Below are positions 56,750-64,000 of a stretch of 64,000 nt of DNA, piece after piece. The DNA comes from Candidatus Dormiibacterota bacterium (GTDB lineage: Bacteria; Chloroflexota; Dormibacteria; CF-121), in contig DASWBA010000183.1 in NCBI GenBank assembly GCA_036390825.1, forward strand, positions 29,102 through 93,101, read 5' to 3'. Within the stretch, counting starts at the first letter, position 1; each line of letters begins with the position of its first letter. Below the pieces are notes generated by a model. The model worked only from the letters and a program-made list of their open reading frames with translations, made no database searches and was not told the DNA's origin. The position numbers and the translations under genes were made by a program.

Positions 56750-58420
56750 ATGCTTGATCGTGCAGGGCGCTGGGGGATCCTGCCCTCCTATCACGGCTGG
56801 CAGGGTGACCTGGTCGAGACCCCTCGCACGACCACCGACGCCATCCTCGCCGCCATGGGCGCGGCGCAAGACCGGCCGCCTCGCGTCCGGCGCCTGAAGC
56901 TCCAGGACGAGCCTTGCGCGCCCGCGCCGGACCGCACGTGGGGCTGGGCGGTCCAGCTCTACGCGCTGCGGTCGCGCGAGAGCTGGGGCATCGGAGACCT
57001 GGCCGATCTGCGGCGCTTCGGCCGCTGGTCGCGACGGCGCGGCGCATCGCTGATCCTGCTCAACCCGCTGGGGGCGCAAACGCCAACCCTTCCTTACGAG
57101 CCCTCGCCCTATTACGCATCGTCGCGGCGCTTTCGAAACACCCTCTATCTGCGCATCGGAGAGATCGAAGGGGCAGACCGATGCGCGGAAGAGATTCAGC
57201 CTCTGCGTGCGGCCGCAATCGAGCTCAATCAAGAGCGCCTGATCGACTACGACCAGGTGTTTCAGCTGAAGTCGGAAGCGTTGACGTGCATTTTTCAAGC
57301 CGCACCCGATCCGCAAGGCCTCGACGCATGGATCCGCCGGCAGGGTCGTGCACTGCACGACTTCGCGACCTTCAATGCGCTGGCCGAGGTGCATGGACCT
57401 GCCTGGCGGACGTGGCCCGCATACCTCCGGCATCCTCGCAATGACGGGATCGAGCCCAGCCGCCGAAGGCTCGCCGAGCGCATCACGTTTCACAAGTGGC
57501 AGCAGTTCCACGTCGATCGCCAGCTCGCGCGCGCAGCGCGTGAGATCGGGCTCATCACGGACGTGCCGGTCGGCTTCGCCTCGGACGGGTTCGACGCCTG
57601 GCGATGGCAGGACCTGCTGGCGCCGGATGTGCGCGTAGGCGCGCCCCCGGACGAGTTTTTTCGCGACGGCCAGGACTGGGGCTTGCCGGCCTTCAACCCG
57701 TGGCTGATGAGTGGCGCGCACTGGGAGCCGTTCATAGATGCGATCCGCAGCGCGGCCGTTCACGCGGCGGGGGTCCGGCTGGACCACGTCATGGGGCTTT
57801 TCCGTCTCTTCTGGATTCCCAGCGGCAAGGTCGCGGCCGATGGCGCATACGTGCGCTACCCCGCCGCGGCCTTGCTGTCGCTTCTCGCCAACGAGAGCCG
57901 GCGCGCCCGCGCATTCGTGGTCGGCGAAGACCTCGGACTGGTGCCGCCGACGGTGCGCGAGCACCTGCGCCGGCGAGGGTCGCTGTCTTATCGCCTGCTG
58001 TGGTTCGAAGGTTCGGAGCCTGGGCGCTGGCCCCACGACGCGATCGCCGCGATCGGGACGCACGACCTGCCCACGGTCGCGGGCATCTGGACGTTGAATG
58101 AGCCCGAGCGCCGGCTCCACCACCTGCGCGACAAGCTGGTGAGCGTCACCGGCCTGCCTGACGCCACCGCGCCGGTTGACGTAGCGGTGGCGGCTTACAC
58201 GGCGCTTGCGCGCGGGCGGCCGCGCATCGTCCTCGCTTCGCTCGAGGATGCGCTTGGTGTCGTCGAACGACCCAATGTCCCGGGCACTACGACCGAATTT
58301 CCGAACTGGCGGCTCGCGCTGCCCGCCTCGCTCGAGGAGGTCGAACATGCCGACGGCGTGAACCGAATTGCCGACGCGATGAGGGCCGCGGGCCGGTCGG
58401 CTAACCTCTCGCAGGCATGA
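56750..58420 (+). CDS. malQ: 4-alpha-glucanotransferase (amylomaltase, GH77)
   Basis: WGIGDLADL, INPLG, DHVMGLFRLFWIP, VGEDLGLVP, THDLPT motifs. Confidence 0.9.
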   Translation: MLDRAGRWGILPSYHGWQGDLVETPRTTTDAILAAMGAAQDRPPRVRRLKLQDEPCAPAPDRTWGWAVQLYALRSRESWGIGDLADLRRFGRWSRRRGASLILLNPLGAQTPTLPYEPSPYYASSRRFRNTLYLRIGEIEGADRCAEEIQPLRAAAIELNQERLIDYDQVFQLKSEALTCIFQAAPDPQGLDAWIRRQGRALHDFATFNALAEVHGPAWRTWPAYLRHPRNDGIEPSRRRLAERITFHKWQQFHVDRQLARAAREIGLITDVPVGFASDGFDAWRWQDLLAPDVRVGAPPDEFFRDGQDWGLPAFNPWLMSGAHWEPFIDAIRSAAVHAAGVRLDHVMGLFRLFWIPSGKVAADGAYVRYPAAALLSLLANESRRARAFVVGEDLGLVPPTVREHLRRRGSLSYRLLWFEGSEPGRWPHDAIAAIGTHDLPTVAGIWTLNEPERRLHHLRDKLVSVTGLPDATAPVDVAVAAYTALARGRPRIVLASLEDALGVVERPNVPGTTTEFPNWRLALPASLEEVEHADGVNRIADAMRAAGRSANLSQA

Positions 58421-60959
58421 GCGCCCGCTTTGTGGCCACCGTCGGCAACGGCAGGCTCCTCGCGAAGGTCGGCGCGGACGGCAGCCTGATCGGCCTGTGC
58501 GCCCCTCACCTCGATCACGAGCTTCTCGAGAAGCCTGTTCACGGGGTGCTCGAGCAAGGCGCCGGGCGAAGGCGCCGGATCGGCGGCCGCGGTTGGAAGC
58601 ATCGCCGCGAGTACGTGCGCGGCACCAACGTGCTGCGAGTGCTTTCGCGCCACTCGACCGGCATCAAGGTCGAACGTCGTCTCGCCGCCATCGGCGAGAG
58701 CTTGCTCGTGGCCTTCCGATTCGACGGCGACTACACCGTGGGCTGGGAGCTCGGCCTGGATGAGGTCCTGCCTCCGGCAGGCATTCGCTTCGAGGGCGCG
58801 TGGCCCGATGGGTTCGATCCACCGCCGCTGGCCGGGGCCACACGGGCGTCGGTAGTCGCTCGCGTCCCCGACCTCGTGGATCGCGCCGCGATTGCAGACC
58901 TCTACGCCCGCAGCGTGCTGGTGATCGCGCAGCATCACGATCGCTCCGGTGCGTTTGCAGCCGGCCCCTCCGAGGACGTTCTCGTGGCTCACGCGCTCGA
59001 TGTTTGCGGCGAGCGCGGCGCCGCACTGGCGTTCTTCGAGTGGGCCGCCGAACACCGGGCCGGTGGTGCGGCGGAGCCGCCATCGTCGCCCCCGACAACT
59101 GGTACTGGCGCAGCACTCTGGTCGGCGTGGCAAGACGCAATCGCCGGGCGTCGAGCCAACGCCATCGCGGCATTGCAGGGCGCGGCGGCCAGGCGATCGT
59201 CGTTGAGGCTGTTCGTCTCCGGCAGCGGGGTAGACCTCGCGGCGCACGCCTTGCTCCTGCTCACGGTTCACGCTTTGCTCCCGCCGACCGCGCCCACAGA
59301 CGACGGCTTCTTCGAGCACCAGGCGAGCGTGCAAAAAGCACGGCACGCCCGCGCCCTTTACGGCGGTGCGTTCCACTCCGGAATGCCCGAGCCGGGCGGG
59401 CGCCGCCTCACCGCCGAGGTGCGATCGGATCTCGACGTGACCGCGGTCACTATGGAGGTCGACGGGCAGCCCGCCGGGGAGCTCGAGCCGTCGCCTCTGA
59501 CGCGCGGCCACCCGGCTCTATGGAGCGGACCCGTGCCTCCGGCCGCGGCCGGTGAGGTTTGGCGCTACAGGATTCGTGTCCATCTCCGCGATCAAGACGC
59601 GACTCCGATGTGGGCGTCGGACTCGGATCCCCGGCCCGGCGGCCAGGAGTTCGCTCTCGAAGCGGCACCTCCTCCGCCGCCCGACTGGTTGCGCGACGGG
59701 CTGTGCTATCACGTCATGGTCGACCGGTTCTCGCGGCCGGGCGAGAGCTTGCCCGCTCCAGGCGACTCCACCGCGCTGTACGGGGGCACGCTGGACGGCA
59801 TCCGCGAGCATATCGACCACATCGCGGGGCTGGGCTGCAACGTCCTCTGGCTGAGCCCCGTTCATCAGAGTCCTTCGCACCACGGATACGACCACGAGGA
59901 CTTCCTCACGGTGGAGCCACGCTACGGCGGCGATACGGCGCTGGTCCGCCTCGTGGAGGCCGCGCACGACCACGACATGCGCGTGCTGCTCGACTTCGTG
60001 CCCAATCACACGGGGCGCGGCCATCATCTTTTTCGCGATGCGATCGAGAAGGATGGCGACGCCGCCGCCTACTACCGCTTCTGGCAGTGGCCTCACTACT
60101 ACCGCTGTTTCTCGGACACAATCTCGCTGCCCGAGCTCGACACCGGCGATCCCAATGTGCAGCAGCACCTCGTTCGCGCCGCGCAGCACTGGCTGACCGC
60201 GTACGGCGCCGACGGCGTCCGCTGCGACCATGTGGCCGGAGTCGATCCCGCCTTCTGGGTTGAGCTCCGGCGCGGCCTGCGCGCCGTCAAGGCGGACGCG
60301 CTTGTCCTCGGCGAGGCCACCGGCCTTCCGGATTGGCTGGCCCGGTACGCCGGTCGCCTGGATGCGATCTTCGACTTCGACCTGGCGTACTACGTGCGCC
60401 AGGCGCTGGCGCGCGGCCGGATGGACGCGGCCGGGTTCGCGACCTGGCTCGACGAGCACGATCGAGCGTATCCAGGCCTCGGCCTGGCGACGGTGCTCGA
60501 CAACCACGACATGAACCGCTTCTTGTGGATGGCAGGCGGAAACCCGGACCGCCTCAAGCTGGCCGCGACGCTGCTGCTCACATTGCCGGGCATGCCCGTC
60601 ATCTATTACGGCACCGAAGTCGGCCTGAGCCAGCGCTTCGACGGCGTGATCGAGAACGCCGAGGCTCGCCTGCCGATGCTGTGGGGCGGCGAGCAGAACC
60701 AGGACCTGCTGGCGCACTTCCAGGCTCTTGGACGGATGCGACGCGATTCGGTCGCGCTGCGCCGGGGCGAACGACGAACGGTGCTTGCGGACGCGGAGGT
60801 GTTCGCCTATGAACGGAGCACGCCTGACGAAAGCGTGTTGGTCGCGCTCAATTTCAGCGAAACACCACAACGTCGCGAGCTGCCAGTCCTGGATGAGCGT
60901 GTGGAGCTCGGGCCGCTGGGATCGATGGTCGTGCCCATGGAGGCTAGTACGATTCGAAC

Positions 60960-60963
<4 letters not shown>
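58417..60963 (+). CDS. Alpha-amylase family (GH13) hydrolase with ~400-aa N-terminal extension (GH15-N-like)
   Basis: GH13 regions I-IV: LLDFVPNHTG, GADGVRCDHVAG, VLGEATG, VLDNHDMNRF. The ATG overlaps the malQ stop. Confidence 0.8.
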
Positions 60964-63653
<2,690 letters not shown>

Positions 63654-63935
63654 TTGGCCCGCTTGAGCATCGCCACCCGGCGGCGGGCCGCAAATGCCCT
63701 GGGGTCGATCGCGATGGGGGCCCGCCGGCGCTTGACCACCCGCCGGAGAACCGCGAATGCCCTCGGGGCGATGGCGGTGGGCGCGGTGGCGTTCGGCGCT
63801 CTGGCCATCGGCGCGTTCGCGATCGGCCGCCTGGTCATCGGTCGAGCGCGGGTGCGACGCCTCGAGATCGATGAGCTCGTCGTGCACAACCTGGCCTTGC
63901 CCGAGGACCGCCCGACACCCGCACCCAGAGCGTAG
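63654..63935 (+). CDS. Small basic/glycine-zipper protein with internal duplication
   Basis: TTG start directly after the acnA stop. RRR-x-ANALG-x-x-A-x-GA appears twice, then GALAIGAFAIGRLVIGRARVRRLEIDELVV. Confidence 0.45.
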   Translation: MARLSIATRRRAANALGSIAMGARRRLTTRRRTANALGAMAVGAVAFGALAIGAFAIGRLVIGRARVRRLEIDELVVHNLALPEDRPTPAPRA

Positions 63936-64000
63936 GCCATGAACCAGGTTCGCCGGTCGGTTGCTGTATTGAACTCCATTTCGTTGTAGTTCTACAATAA

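Noticed and set aside
56723-58348. The 5' two-thirds of the 676-aa minus-strand track ORF (56318-58348).
   Set aside because: Only the last 134 codons (the cupin, 56318-56722) look like a real protein. The remainder is antisense to a clearly genuine malQ and is Arg/Pro/Gly-rich.

Overview
High-G+C bacterial chromosomal segment, densely coding. I found no rRNA, tRNA, CRISPR array, transposase or integrase by eye. Many adjacent genes share 4-nt ATGA/GTGA/TTGA start-stop overlaps, and I used these to refine start codons. All family calls come from motif recognition in the supplied translations, since no search tools were available.

Layout:
(1) 1-26.2 kb is a large Wzy-type cell-surface glycan locus. 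It has two amino-sugar branches: DegT + Gfo/Idh/MocA, and DegT + epimerase/dehydratase + acyltransferase. It also encodes a deacetylase, a methyltransferase, five glycosyltransferases (3 GT4, 2 GT2), a membrane-anchored GH44 glycanase, a Wzy/O-antigen-ligase-like polymerase, and a split Wzz + BY-kinase-like pair. Unusually, it carries two different sulfur-incorporation modules. One is sulfotransferase + fused ATP-sulfurylase/APS-kinase + a Cys-less Rrf2 regulator + a TauE/SafE channel. The other is a comA-comB (phosphosulfolactate synthase/phosphatase) pair translationally linked to an ATP-grasp ligase. A secreted protein with a (PPTN)13 linker interrupts the locus. No Wzx flippase or priming phosphoglycosyltransferase is visible in the window.
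(2) 26.4-35.1 kb is a monoderm-style type IV pilus locus: divergent pilT, then one operon of pilB-pilC-two minor pilins-beta-propeller protein-pilM-small PilN-like protein-major pilin. There is no secretin, PilO or PilP, and only the N-terminal zinc-finger part of a prepilin peptidase is present.
(3) 35.2-39.3 kb holds three LuxR/NarL-type response regulators, a sensor-less HisKA_3 kinase, a small membrane protein and a coiled-coil protein. Their promoter regions share cis-motifs.
(4) 39.6-43.2 kb is a PadR + MacB-type ABC (ATPase + double-FtsX permease) operon.
(5) 43.3-49.2 kb is AsnB-like amidotransferase + polyprenyl-phosphate GT2 + two divergent GT-C (ArnT/PMT-like) membrane glycosyltransferases.
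(6) 49.2-64 kb contains metH, a DUF222/HNH gene with an apparent LexA box, an orphan form-II CoxL-like molybdoenzyme + cupin, malQ, a GH13 enzyme, acnA and a small glycine-zipper ORF.

Most notable observations: the sulfolactate/ATP-grasp module inside a glycan operon, and two genes (pilC and a response regulator) whose conserved N-termini can only be included by initiating at ATC. Also notable are the catalytic-domain-less prepilin peptidase, the shared regulatory motif, and the SOS box on the HNH gene.
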